From: Octopus bimaculoides
Lineage: Eukaryota
Reading direction: 5' to 3'
Length of the DNA: 55,485 bases
Assembly (NCBI RefSeq): GCF_001194135.2
Contig: NC_068985.1
Location: 51,307,128-51,362,612 of the forward strand
Below, piece after piece: positions 1 through 11,318 of the stretch; the first letter of the stretch is position 1; every line of letters begins with the position of its first letter. The notes beneath the pieces were generated by a model. The model searched no databases. It saw only the letters and a list, made by a program, of their open reading frames with translations, and was not told where the DNA came from. The position numbers and the translations under genes are program-made.

Positions 1-78
1 TTAAAATCGGTTTTGGCAAATCCGTTTCGGTTTTACTGATCATAATATAAAACCGGTTTTAACCGGTTTTGAGCCCTA
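1..78. mobile_element. End of a hAT-like DNA transposon/MITE (window edge)
   Basis: Ends in ...aaccggttttgagcccta (reverse complement TAGGGCTCAAAACCGG); subterminal AAACCG/CGGTTT motifs repeated; abuts a truncated SINE head at 81. Confidence 0.45.
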
Positions 79-80
79 GT

Positions 81-143
81 TGGGATTGAACCCAAGACCA
101 TGTGGTTGGGAAGCAAACTTCTTACCATACAGCAATGCCTGCA
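81..143 (-). mobile_element. S1 tRNA-derived SINE, 5' head fragment
   Basis: gggattgaacccaagaccatgtggttgggaagcaaacttcttaccatacagc is the reverse complement of the S1 head seen intact at 51894. Confidence 0.8.
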
Positions 144-159
144 ACCATATTTGTTATTC

Positions 160-1690
160 AGAGGTAGTTCACTCCCCTTCCTCTTCTTCCTTTTTCCTTC
201 TGTGATGTTTCTTCACCTTTGGCTTTCACCACTCCTTTCTCTCTTTCTCCCTCCCCCTCTCTTGTCCCAACTCTTTCTCTTCTCTTCTCTTACTCTATCA
301 CTTCTAATCTCAATAGTCTTTCTACCTCCTCCTCTTTTATTCCTCACTCTTACTATTTCTCTCTCCCTCTCTCTCCACCTCTCAGCTCTTCCTACTACTT
401 TTGACTCTCTTCTGTCTTCCTCTTCCATTTAGCTACCCTTACTTTTCCTCTTCAACTCTCCCTTTTCCTCTCTCATTCTCTCAATCTTTCCCTCCCTTCT
501 CCAACTCTGCTTTTCCTTCTCACCCTCACCACTCTCTTACTTCTCTTAATCTCTGTCTCCATGTTTAACCCTTGAGCATTCAGATTGCTCTGTCAAATGT
601 AATGCGTATTCTTTTCAATTAATCGCATTCTTTCAATTTAATCATGCATTATCTCATAACTTCAAGATTTTGATAATGCGATTGTTGATTTTTAGAATGA
701 CATTGTAGGATAAATGTGAGAGGCTGAATCTGGCTAGTTCAAACATAAAACAAATAAAATATTTGAGCCAGACGTAGCTGGTTTAAATGCTAAAGGGTTA
801 AAATAATCCCCTCTTTCCTTCATTTTCACTGAGCCTTTATCTTTCACTCTCTCACTTCCTTCTCTATCTCCCTCTCAATTTTCTTTCTCTCTTTCTCTCT
901 CCTCTTAACCTTTTACTCTAAATCTCATGTCTGCTTTTTTAACTAGTCTCTCTCTCTCTCTCTGTATAGTCCCTTCCTGTCTTTAATTCTTTCTATTTAT
1001 TTGTCAGACCATCTTTCTCTTTCTCAATCTCTTTATCTTTTACTCTAAATTTCATGTTTTATTTCTCCTGGTCTCTTTCTCTCTCTCTCTCTCTCTCTCT
1101 ATTTCACTCTTTCTCTCTGTGTTACTCTCTGTCTACTCCTCCTTCCTCTCTTTGTTTCTATTCATTTATCAGACCAACTTTCTCTCTCTCTCTCTTTATA
1201 TAGATATATATATTTCTACCTCTCCCTCTCGCCTTTCAATTCTTCTATGTACCAATTTCTCTTCCATCTTCTCATCTTCATCACACATTATTTGATCCTC
1301 TTTCTCTCTCTCTCTCTCTCTCTCTTCCTTTTTGTCACCTTACCTATTTCTCTCTCATATTTTCACTTTCACTCAATGTCTGTTTTTCTCTCACTCTCTC
1401 ACAATCTTACTCCACCATCTCTACTACTCTCACATTCTCTCTTCCTCCCTCTCTTTGCCTTTCTATTTCGTTCTCTCTCTCCCTCTCTCTACAACTCACA
1501 TTACTTCTCTCCCTCCCCCCTCTCTCTACTTTTGTATTTCTCCTTCCTTCCTCACTGTTTCTCTCTCTGCTACTCACATTCTTTGCCTTATCTTTGTATT
1601 TCTTCCTCACTCAACCACCTACATTCTCTCTCTCTTGCACTCATTCTCTCCCATTCACTCTCACTCACTCTACTCCACTCCATTCAATCC
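160..1690. repeat. ~1.5 kb polypyrimidine/polypurine (CT-rich) low-complexity tract
   Basis: Almost purely C/T on + strand with (CT)n runs; internal ~130 bp degenerate duplication (about 910-1020 vs 1040-1185); interrupted by a MITE at 569-797. Confidence 0.9.
569..797 (+). mobile_element. MITE A, TTAA-specific (piggyBac-like) non-autonomous element
   Basis: TTAA(565-568)|CCCTTGAGCATT...AATGCTAAAGGG|TTAA(798-801): imperfect TIRs and TTAA TSD; homologous copies at 36303, 42190, 44326. Confidence 0.8.
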
Positions 1691-2412
1691 AAGTCTGCTG
1701 CCAACACACACATCCTTCACTTGAAGAAAGCCTTCACTTCCACTCCAATAGTTTCACAACAAAATGCCGAGTTGTTACTACTGCTGCAACCATAATAGAA
1801 CAGTGAACACCAAGACACTTCAACAAACAGCAGCAGATCGTTTTTAATTCTTCCTCACCACCACCAATTTACTTCATACATTTTATCTTTCTCTTCTTTT
1901 GTTGCCATATCTCTCTAATTCTTCACTCTTATCTCTTTCTGTGCTGCAGCATGCTCACAACAGCTACCCTCCATATTCCCAAATTCCACTCTCTCTTTTC
2001 TTCATCTCTCTCTCTCTGCATCCCATCTCAGATAGAAACACAGTTACACACATATACTCACAACCATGCATACATACATATATATATGCTGTATGTGTGT
2101 ATGTGTGTGTGTGTATACACACACACTGACATAATGTGTCAGGTAAAGTGCTAATTCAAGTTTAATAATTGAGTCTTACTGTAAAGAGTTTATCCAAGCA
2201 AAACCAAAGTTGCAAGAGGATCCTTTTACCCACAGAATCTGTCTTCAAGTATCTTAACCAAAGAACCCTCTCATCAAATTGGTGACCCTGTCAAATAGTA
2301 CTCATCATGTGACTATCAAATCAGGTGACGTTATATAGTAATATGTGAATCATGAATATTAGGCAATGAGACATAATAGTTTATATTTTCCCTATTTTAT
2401 TTTTTATAAGAG

Positions 2413-2590
2413 GTACAGGTGTAACTGTGTGGCTAAGAAGTTTGCTTCACAACCAAATGGTTCTGAGTTCACTCCCACTGCATGGTACCTTGTGCAAGTG
2501 TTTACTATTATAGTTCTGGGTCAACCAAAGCCTTGTGAGTGGATTTGGTGGGCTGAAAGAAGCCCATCATAATATGCCTGTGTGTGTGCG
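2413..2590 (+). mobile_element. S1 SINE 5' half (degenerate)
   Basis: tgtgtggctaagaagtttgcttcacaacc...gccttgtgagtggatttgg...ctgaaagaagccc matches the S1 head/body. Confidence 0.8.
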
Positions 2591-2597
2591 TATGTGT

Positions 2598-2629
<32 letters not shown>

Positions 2630-2985
2630 CATGATGGCACCTGTGCCCAGCGTCGCCTTCCTGGCACTTGTGCCAGTGGCATGTGTAAAGACATTCGAGT
2701 GAGATCGTTGCCAGTGCCGCTGGACTGGCTCCTGTGCAGGTGGTACGTAAAATACACTATTTTGAGTGTGGCCATTGCCAGTACCTCCTGACTGGCCTTC
2801 GTGCCGGTGGCACGTAAAAGCACCCACTACACTCTCGGAGTGGTTGGCGTTAGGAAGGGCATCCAGCTGTAGAAACTCTGCCAAATCAGATTGGAGCCTG
2901 GTGTAGCCATCTGGTTCACCAGTCCTCGGTCAAATCGTCCAACCCATGTTAGCATGGAAAACGGACATTAAATGATGATGATGAT
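2630..2985 (+). mobile_element. RTE-clade LINE 3' fragment (3' UTR + (GAT)n tail)
   Basis: ggttggcgttaggaagggcatccagctgtagaaactctgcc...catggaaaacggacattaaatgatgatgatgat; same tail is joined to an RTE ORF C-terminus at 48095 and 37027. Confidence 0.8.
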
Positions 2986-3239
2986 ATATATACATATATA
3001 CATAAAGAGGGAAAGAGAGAGATAGTTGTTTTTTTCTATTATTTAATTATATAAATTTTTCCTTTGAAGAAGGTGCTGGTTTCTAACAAAGATACAAAGC
3101 TCCATCATTGGAATGTAGATAATGAAAACAATGTCACATTTTAAACCTGAGAAAAGTCTAGCATAGTTTTACTGTTCTGCCAACAGATTGTATTCGTAAT
3201 ATGCAAGGCAGTTGGTTTGATTTGTTTTTCTGAAAATTC

Positions 3240-3510
3240 CAGCTGTGTGCGCATGTTTGCAAATACTCTTGACATCATGTAATGACTGTAAACAATCACT
3301 GTCATATAAGCAATGCCATTCATTTCCAGTCTTTTGTGAAAATCATGTTCTGGCCATAAGGGAAAATACTACTTTGCCTGGAAACAAGGCAACAAGAAAG
3401 GGTTACACAATCCAGATGCAGAAAAAGCCTGCTTCAACAAATTCCATTTGTGCTATGCAAGCATGGTAAAATAGCCACAAACTTATGATGGTGGTGGTAG
3501 TGGTGATGAT
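3240..3510 (+). mobile_element. S6 SINE-like element with RTE-type 3' tail (degenerate)
   Basis: Homologous to 10945-11168 and 46620-46870; ends ...atccag..tagaaaa..ctgcttcaacaaattcc..catgcaagcatgg + (gat/ggt)n. Confidence 0.6.
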
Positions 3511-3744
3511 GACGGTGATTCTATTTGCTGGTAAACGCTTGTTTAAACTTGGAGACAGACATACAGCAGTTATATTTGAGATGTTCAGATGATATTCTTG
3601 TTACTTGAGTTCAATCTCCTGTAACTCCCTTGTTATCCTCATTGATTATCTTTGTCAGTCAATTGATTCTGTAACCTGGATTCATACCCAAGCTTTTGAC
3701 ATGGATTGCCTTATTATAAAGACTTCTTGCAGACAGGAACAGGT

Positions 3745-3875
3745 GAGGCTGTGTTGTTAAGAAGCTTGCTTCTGAACTGTGTGGCAAATGTCTTCTACTA
3801 TAGCCCTGGACTAACCAAAACCTTAGTGAGCGAATATGGTAGACAGAAACTGAAAGAATCCCATTGTATATGTAC
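3745..3875 (+). mobile_element. S1 SINE 5' half, internally deleted
   Basis: gctgtgttgttaagaagcttgcttc...ggcaaatgtcttctactatagcc...ggtagacagaaactgaaagaatccc. Confidence 0.7.
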
Positions 3876-4116
3876 ATATTATCTTCTTCCTTTTTTTCTC
3901 TCCGTGTTTCTCTCCTTGTTCCTTTCTGTGGAAGAGCATAGGCTCGAAACATTAAAGACTTTTTCACTTTCCGAATGTTATACTAATACATCTGTTTGTT
4001 TTCTACGCCACCTGTCTTCGTCTTTTTTTTTTTTTTGTGAATTCTCCCTATATATATATATATATATATATATNNNNNNNNNNNNNNNNNNNNNNNNNNN
4101 NNNNNNNNNNNNNNNN

Positions 4117-4553
4117 TCGTCATCGACTTATAAAGGATTGACCTTATGACTTTTGGCGCACCACCTCCTGGCAGCAATAATAAATAGCCCAGATGAAATC
4201 TAATGGGTTTAATTTCTTAGAAATTAACCTGTCTATGGAGGATGATATCAGCTAACAAATGCTTCCCCTAGGTTTGGTTATCAATCACCACTGTGGTTAT
4301 CCCAACTGTTGGATGAATATTCTGCCACAGAGACATCAAGGCAACCTCGTATTTGTTTATAAGACGACTGTTTGAGATTAACACCAGTATAATAGTATAA
4401 TACAGAATGCTGTGTGTGACTTACCTGAGAATGTATCTTAAGAATGTAAAAATAGAAAACAAAGCTATGTAGGCCTATAGGCGGACTTAGAATCAAATTG
4501 ACTTACAACCAGTCAGTCAGAACCAATTGTGGTTGTAAGTTGACGATGACCTG
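4117..4553. mobile_element. Probable pogo/Tigger-like MITE
   Basis: Left end TCGTCATCGACTTATA (directly after gap) vs reverse complement of right end CAGG-TCATCGTCAACTTACA: 12/16, all mismatches transitions; subterminal hairpin acttacaacca...tggttgtaagt (4501-4540). Confidence 0.5.
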
Positions 4554-4859
4554 TGTGTGTGTGTGTAGTGTAAAACCAGTCTGTAGTGCAAAAATGGTTG
4601 GGACTGCTTTGTTATGCTACAGTGCTCAAGCCTTGTTTAGAATAAAATTGTATAAAAAAAAAAATAAGGGGTGATTGAAGAGTAGAACAGATGGCACTGC
4701 ATTCATTGATGAATGAGGAATATATCTGTAGAACAATAAAAATTCCAAATTTCTCTCATCCACTTCTTCAATTTATAGTCTAAGTTGTTAAATGGTTCTG
4801 TTGAATCTTTCTATTAGGAGCATTTGCTTGAGCAGGTAAGACATTACATACAGTCTATA

Positions 4860-5031
4860 TATATAGATGATGAAGGAGATGTTTCTATGTGGCTTGCTTG
4901 TTTGTTGTACCTTGTTTATCATTTTGTCCATGTTCTTTTGCCACGTCATGTACCCAGTTATGTATCTATATGTACATGTAGATGAAGGTATGTACATACA
5001 TGTACATATATATGCATATACTCATATATTG

Positions 5032-5060
<29 letters not shown>
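4860..5060 (+). repeat. Interspersed repeat, probably PLE-associated terminal region
   Basis: High identity to 40297-40470 (gatgaagga.atgtt..ctatgtggc.tgcttgtt...catgtagatgaaggtatgtacatacatg); both end in (TA)n. Confidence 0.6.
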
Positions 5061-5072
<12 letters not shown>

Positions 5073-5355
5073 TGATTAGCACTAAAAAGCACTCATACCC
5101 AAATGTACCTATGTATGTTTTGATATATCATTCATAATACATATGTTCAAACAAATCACACATGCAAATACAGGTAGAAGCACACATAAATACCTATACT
5201 CAAATGTATTCATCATATCATACATGGAAACAACACAGGTGTGTAGAGAGGATTGAGAGTAGCAAAATACAATGTAAAAAATGGTGAAGAAAAAGAGAAG
5301 GGGAGAGGAAGAGAGGGGAAAGTGATAAGAAAAGAAAGTGAGAAAAAAATAGACT

Positions 5356-5404
<49 letters not shown>

Positions 5405-5414
5405 NNNNNNNNNN

Positions 5415-5461
<47 letters not shown>

Positions 5462-5640
5462 TAGGAGAAAAGATTTTATATATATATATATATGTGTGTG
5501 TGTGTAGAGAGAGAGAGAGAATTTATTGTGATGTGAATTCCAATGAAAAGATTAGCGAATGAAATGATTTCTGGTAGCCTTTAAGATTAACTGAAATGTA
5601 AACAAGCACAACAGGAGGTACAGCTAAGTGACTCTACATA

Positions 5641-6860
5641 CATGAGAAGGTGTAAAGTTCATAGGTTGACTATGAAAGAGTGATGCTAGAGCTGTGAAAT
5701 CTTGTATGCGCTAATTTCAAATATTCTTATTTATAACAGCATTGTTTCTTTCCAGCTAAACTGACATCTGACTGTTCAACGAACATTTCAAAAGTGACTA
5801 GTGGCAACTTCTCTTGAAAATGGACAAAATTTGGCATCGTGATGCTATCCAATACCTGCAGGAAAAGAGTTTAGTCCCCAATGACATTCATGCTGACATA
5901 GTTGCTACATTAGGGGATGATGCTCCAGTTTTATTAATAATGCAAATGTGGGCAGCTGAATTTAGGAGGGAAAGGGAGAGTGTTGAAGAGGACCCAAGGT
6001 CTGGATGTTCTGCAGCTGCCACCACCAAGGAAAACATTGATCGTGTTCATCACATGGTGATGGATGACAGGCAACTGACTATAAATCAAATAGCCAATGC
6101 TATTAACATATCCTGTGAGAGAGTTGAGACTATTCTACACAATAAACTTGGTATGATGAAGGTTTCTGCTCATTGGATGCCATCCCTTTTGATACCAGAT
6201 CAAAGGCACACCAGGCTGATCACATCATAAGAAAATCTGACAGTGTTTCAGGCAGATCCAGCTGGTTTCCTTGAATGTCCCCTTAACCAGGCCGAGTGTT
6301 AGATTTATAACTTTGAGCCAGACACATAGGTGATTCATGCAATGGAAACACCCCTTCTGCAAGGAGGGTGATGGCCTCAGTTTTATGGGATATAAAAGGA
6401 ATTGTGTTTATTGACTATCTTCAAAAGGGCTACACTATCAACAAAGAGTACTATGCCAACTTGCTGAGGCAGTTACCAACGGTTATCAAAACCAAATACT
6501 CAAGAAAACTGATGTAACGTGCCCTGTTTCATCAGGACAATGCTCCAGCTAGTGCTTGGTTTTAATGGCTGCTGTGTGTATCTGTGACTTTAGCACCGGC
6601 CCTATTCTTCTGATTTGGCCCCATCTGACTATCATCTGTTCTTCAACATGAAAAGACACTTGGCTGGGAGCCAATATTGCAGTGATGATGAGGTCACATC
6701 TGCTGTTGATGATTTTTTTTTACCAATAGGATCCAAGCACTGTAACACTGCTGGGAGAAGTGTGTGGACCACAAGGGGAACTATGTTGAAAAATATACCT
6801 CATTTGGTGATGTTCCATGAGTTTCTTGGTCAGCCTGTGAATTTTTCAGCTAACCCTCAT
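5641..6860 (+). mobile_element. Near full-length, inactive mariner (Tc1/mariner, DD34D-type) transposon
   Basis: Degenerate TIRs 5641-5670 (gagaaggtgtaaagttcataggttgac) and 6829-6860 (gtcagcctgtgaatttttcagctaaccctca) enclosing a disrupted transposase; ~1.2 kb. Confidence 0.9.
5820..6797 (+). pseudogene. Mariner transposase pseudogene
   Basis: N-terminal ORF MDKIWHRDAIQYL...WAAEFRRERESVEEDPRSG...WMPSLL (WVPRLL motif); downstream frames give YYANLL, FHQDNAP, PYSSDLAPSDYHLF (YSPDLAPSD motif) and YVEK; multiple stops/frameshifts. Confidence 0.9.
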
Positions 6861-7049
6861 ACATGCATACACACACGTAACATACATCTCACTTCTCTCT
6901 CTGTATAAACATATATTGTGTGTGTGTGTGTGTGTGTGCGTGTGTGTGTGTGTGTGCGTGTGTGTGCACATGCACATATATATCATGTGAACACATGATT
7001 GAACAAACTATCAGATGTTACACATCATTGATCACAATGTGCTTTGCAC

Positions 7050-7175
7050 TGTTTTAGCCACTGAATGAGGTCACACTGCTGGCTTAGTGAGCATGCCAAC
7101 ACTCACCCTCGATTGAAAAGGGACTGGAGCAACATGAAATGAAGTGCCACCTGGTTTGGGAATTGAACCACAATC

Positions 7176-7180
<5 letters not shown>
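7050..7180 (-). mobile_element. S5 tRNA-derived SINE fragment
   Basis: gactggagcaacatgaaatgaagtg...gggaattgaaccacaatc is the reverse complement of the family at 33286. Confidence 0.6.
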
Positions 7181-7206
<26 letters not shown>

Positions 7207-7547
7207 NNNNNNNNNNNNNNNNNNNNNNNNNNNNNNNNNNNNNNNNNNNNNNNNNNNNNNNNNNNNNNNNNNNNNNNNNNNNNNNNNNNNTATATATTAT
7301 ATATATATATAAATTCAGAAGAGTGGTACAACAAGGCACCAATATTTACTGGAAAATATATATATGTATGTATATGTATATACTATAAATATATAGAGAC
7401 AATGGCTATCAGCTACACCTATGCTGAAATTTAAAGTCAATAACAGCTTATACAACTCTCACTTTCAAAGCCAAAGAAACAAATGAGAGCAAGATCTTGG
7501 CCTTTGCGATGAGGTGGGTGTTATTTTGGAATATCCTTCTCTTTGAC

Positions 7548-7871
7548 CAGTGGTTCTTAACCAGGGTCCATATAAGATTTTTGGGAGTCTATGCAACAAA
7601 ATAGTAAATTGGGGATCCACAATAGTATTTTAAGGCCCCTGAAAAAATTTTGCTTTAAATATTTGTATTGGTATGTATTGCTAGTTATTTTTCGTTCTCT
7701 AACATTTTACATAGTTTAACCTCCACAAGTTAATGTATGAAAAACAAAACAGGAATTTTGAAAGAAGCTTCTATAAAACTAGTTTTTAAACATCAAATGA
7801 CTATGGGGATCCACCGGAATAAAACAGTGACCAAAGGGGTCCGTAGATAAAAAAATGGTTGAGAAATCCTG
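7548..7871. mobile_element. hAT/Charlie-like MITE
   Basis: TIRs CAGTGGTTCTTAACC ... GGTTGAGAAATCCTG, resembling the Charlie-type CAGTGGTTCTCAACC terminus; 8-bp TSD no longer recognisable. Confidence 0.75.
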
Positions 7872-7994
7872 AGACAGATGTCTAAACAAAGATTAAGCAT
7901 GACCATTGACTTTCCTGAGTTCATCTGTTCTCTGACAGATTTTGTTTTTCATCCAACAGGGTATCCAATGAAAACCGTCTTCCTTGCCCCCAAA

Positions 7995-8130
7995 CTTAGT
8001 TTTCAAGTCTGGTATATTCTATCGGTCCCTTTTGCCTAATGGCTACTATACTTTGAGGATGTTAACAAAACAATACCAGTTGTCAAGTGAAGGGGGTGGG
8101 GCAAACACAAAGACAAATATACCTGTATAT
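7995..8130 (-). mobile_element. S1 SINE 3' half
   Basis: tattctatcggtcccttttgcc...ccagttgtcaagtg...caaacacaaagac matches S1 tail; ends at the internal microsatellite where a PLE-like fragment begins. Confidence 0.7.
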
Positions 8131-8139
8131 ACTATCTTT

Positions 8140-8657
8140 TTTCTGGTACTCTTCTAGTACCCTTTAAACTTAATGTAATCTAATGTTTCCTCCACAGGTC
8201 TCCACGTTTTGGTAAGTTGAGGATTTTGTTTATTTTTATATATTTGTATCATACTATACTGATGATTGAAAGTTAGATATTATTCTAATAATCGTGAAAT
8301 CGTTTGATATATAGTTGAGTTCGTTTTTAAAAGGTTGGTTTTTCTAAGTGTTGCTTTTCCTCGCATTCGGTAAAAATGTGTTTATTATGGAAGTCTAGTG
8401 TGTGGCATTATTCTGTAGTAATGCCCTTATATAAATATAAATAAATAAATATATTCTTGGGAATAAAAAATGATGGATTTTTTTCCCTTATGAGTTTTTT
8501 CAGGCTAGCTTCTTGATAAAATTCTTTTAAAATAATTTTATTGTATATTATAATAGGTACTTTAAATGCTTATATCATTTTATTGGATATAACTTTCTGT
8601 GTCTGCCATACAATAAGGTTATCCTGCAATAGGAGTTGCGGTTCTATTGGTAAATCC
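8140..8657 (+). mobile_element. PLE-like terminal (pLTR) fragment
   Basis: Contains a hammerhead fold (8249-8318); 8370-8520 is homologous to 47255-47396. Confidence 0.55.
8249..8318 (+). ncRNA. Type I hammerhead ribozyme fold (imperfect stem II)
   Basis: ACTATA(8253-58)-CTGATGA(8259-65)-[ttaga/tctaa hairpin]-GAAA(8296-99)-TC-gttt-GA-T-A(8309)-TATAGT(8310-15): perfect 6-bp stem I, 3-bp stem III, AUA cleavage triplet. Confidence 0.6.
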
Positions 8658-8672
8658 NNNNNNNNNNATAAA

Positions 8673-8703
<31 letters not shown>

Positions 8704-8705
<2 letters not shown>

Positions 8706-8995
8706 CGAGCGAGTTCGTTGCCAGTACCACTGGACTGTCTCCTGTGCAGGTGGCACGTAAAATACACCAATTCGAGTGTGGCCATTGCCAGTACCTCCTG
8801 ACTGGCCTTCGTGCCGGTGGCACGTAAAAGCACCCACTACACTCTCGGAGTGGTTGGCGTTAGGAAGGGCATCCAGCTGTAGAAACTCTGCCAAATCAGA
8901 TTGGAGGCTGGTGCAACCTCCTGGTACACCAGTCCGCAGTCAAATCGTCCAACCCATGCTAGCATGGAAAGCGGACGTTAAACGATGATGATGAT
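8704..8995 (+). mobile_element. RTE LINE 3' fragment
   Basis: Same 3' UTR as 2630-2985, ending catggaaagcggacgttaaacgatgatgatgat. Confidence 0.8.
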
Positions 8996-9287
8996 ACTAC
9001 ATATATAGACTTATATATACATATATATATACATACGTATATACACATATATATATATATATATACATACATATATACACATATATATATACATACATAT
9101 ATACACACATATATATACATACATATATACACACATATACATACATATACATTACTACACACACACAGAGTGAAAACCGTTTATTGTAATCATTTTGAAA
9201 TAAAGTCTTTTAATTTCTAATAACTGGTCAATAACATTAGCTGTGGTTATAAGTGGTTGCCAGTGCATGTGTATATGACATATATAA

Positions 9288-9324
<37 letters not shown>

Positions 9325-9622
9325 CACACACTCGTACACTCATATGCATATGTGTATTCATAATGCAATGCACTCAAAACATATTTTTTCGTTATGTATT
9401 TAGAATGCATTAATATTAACAAAGATGCAAATTTTAATGGCAACTTTAACGAGTCTTCACTGGTCTGACGAGAATTTGTCCAAAGATCAGAATGGAAACG
9501 CATTGTAAAGGTTTGATCAACGGAGAAACAAAGAAAACCAGAATAACTAACCAGATATACAGTACCGAAATAGAATCTATTCATTATTATGATAGCATTT
9601 ATATTATCATTATTATTCAGGT

Positions 9623-10075
9623 GGTGAGCTGGCTAAACTGTTAACATGCTGGATGGAATACTTAGCAGTATTGCACCTGTCGCTACGTTCTGAATTCCGT
9701 CAGGTCGACTTTGCTTATAAGCCTTTTGGGGTTGATAAAATAAGTACCAGTTGAATACTGGGGTCAATGTAATCGACTTAACCCCACCCCCAAAACTGCT
9801 GCCCTTGTGGCAAAATTTGAAACCATTATTATCATTATTATTATTATTATTAAGTTGGTGAGCTGGCAGAATAGTTAGCACACCGAGCAAAATGCTGAGC
9901 AGCACTTTGCCTGTTGCTACATTCTCAGTTCAAATTCTGCCGAGGTCGACTATGCCTTTCATCCTTTCAGGTCAATGTAATCGACTTAATCCCTTCCCTC
10001 AAATTTGAGCCTTCATCTTCCAGTAGGAAGAATTATTAAGGCATATTATTATTATTATTATTACTATTATTACTG
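9623..10075 (+). mobile_element. Two tandem S2 SINEs (9623-9832, 9857-~10075) with (ATT)n tails
   Basis: Each starts ggtgagctggc.gaa..gttagca, has gagttcaaatt..gccgaggtcgactttgcctttcatcc core and ends in (att)n. Confidence 0.85.
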
Positions 10076-10086
10076 TTATTATTTGA

Positions 10087-10612
10087 GCCTCACGGAGGTA
10101 ATATGGCCAATACTTGTGTCATGTAAAAAGCACCATTCAAGCACTTGGACCTCACAGAGGCAACACAAGCAATGCTGGTGGAATGTAACTGGCACCTGTG
10201 CCGTTGTCATGTAAAAAGCACCCATTACACTCTCAGAGTGGTTGGCATTAGCAAGGGCATCCAGCCATGGAAACCATGCCAAATCAGACTGGAGTCTGGT
10301 GCAGCCACTCAACTTACCAGCCCTGGTCAAACTGTCTAACTCATGCCAGCATGGACAAAAGATGGTAAATGATGATGATGGTTATTACTATTATTTGGGC
10401 CTCATGGAGGCAATGTAGCCGATACCTGTGTCATGTAAAAAGCACCATTCAAGCACTGGGCCTCACAGAGGCAATGCAACCAATGCTGGTGACATGTAAC
10501 TGGCATCTATGCTGTTGTCATGTAAAAAGCACCTGGAAGGCATTAGAAAGGGCATCCAGCTGTAGAAACCATGCCAAATCAGACTGGAGTCTGGTGCAGC
10601 CCCTCAGCTTAC
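10087..10612 (+). mobile_element. Two tandem degenerate RTE 3' fragments (10087-10380, 10395-10612)
   Basis: Both carry tcatgtaaaaagcacc repeats and aagggcatccagc..gaaaccatgccaaatcagactggagtctggtgcagcc. Confidence 0.75.
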
Positions 10613-10621
10613 TCATTTCTA

Positions 10622-10745
10622 CAGTTAAGTGAATTGGAGCAATGTGAAATAAAGTGTCTTGCCGAAGAACACAACACACAATCCAGGAATCAAACTCACT
10701 ACCTTGTGATAGTGAACCCAATGCTCTAACTACTGAGCCATGCAC
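10622..10745 (-). mobile_element. S5 SINE 5' head
   Basis: ggagcaatgtgaaataaagtgtcttgcc..gaacacaac..ccaggaatcaaactc...ctaactactgagccatgcacc (reverse A/B boxes). Confidence 0.7.
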
Positions 10746-10899
10746 CTTTATATGTTATATATATATATATATATATATNNNNNNNNNNNNNNNNNNNNNN
10801 NNNNNNNNNNNNNNNNNNNNNNNNNNNNNNNNNNNNNNNNNNNNNNNNNNNNNNNNNNNNNNNNNNNNNNNNNNNNNNNNNNNNNNNNNNNNNNNNNNN

Positions 10900-10935
<36 letters not shown>

Positions 10936-10944
10936 ATATGTGTG

Positions 10945-11168
10945 GTAATTTGTGTCTCTTTATCTTGACATAATGTGATAATTGTAAATGAGGGCCACTG
11001 TGATACAAGTATTGTCATTTATTTCCAATATTCTGTGAGAAACATGTCTAGTTATGGGGAAATATTACCTTGCTTTGAAACAGGTGAGTGTTGGTAAGAA
11101 GAAGAGCATCTGGCCATAGAAAAAATCTGCCTCAATAAATTCCATTCAACCCATGCGAGCTTGGAAAT
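10945..11168 (+). mobile_element. S6 element 3' part
   Basis: Homologous to 3240-3510 and 46620-46870. Confidence 0.65.
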
Positions 11169-11318
11169 CCATCCAGGTTGGGCAACTTGCCCAGACCAAT
11201 GCAACCCTTACAAGTCAGACGACCTGATCAAGTGATCAAGCTGTACACACAAACACACACATGAAATATCTCATCTGCACACTTCATGACTAGAGATGAG
11301 AGCAGTAGTTCACTAACT

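Noticed and set aside
100-1806. Long Leu/Ser/Phe-rich ORFs (100-432, 1247-1795 etc.)
   Set aside because: By-product of the stop-poor CT tract; no domain.
4425-4436. Minus-strand 12-nt microexon (ttaAG|ATACATTCTCAG|GTAAGT)
   Set aside because: Signals are good but lie inside the probable Tigger-like MITE with no supporting gene context; would need junction reads.
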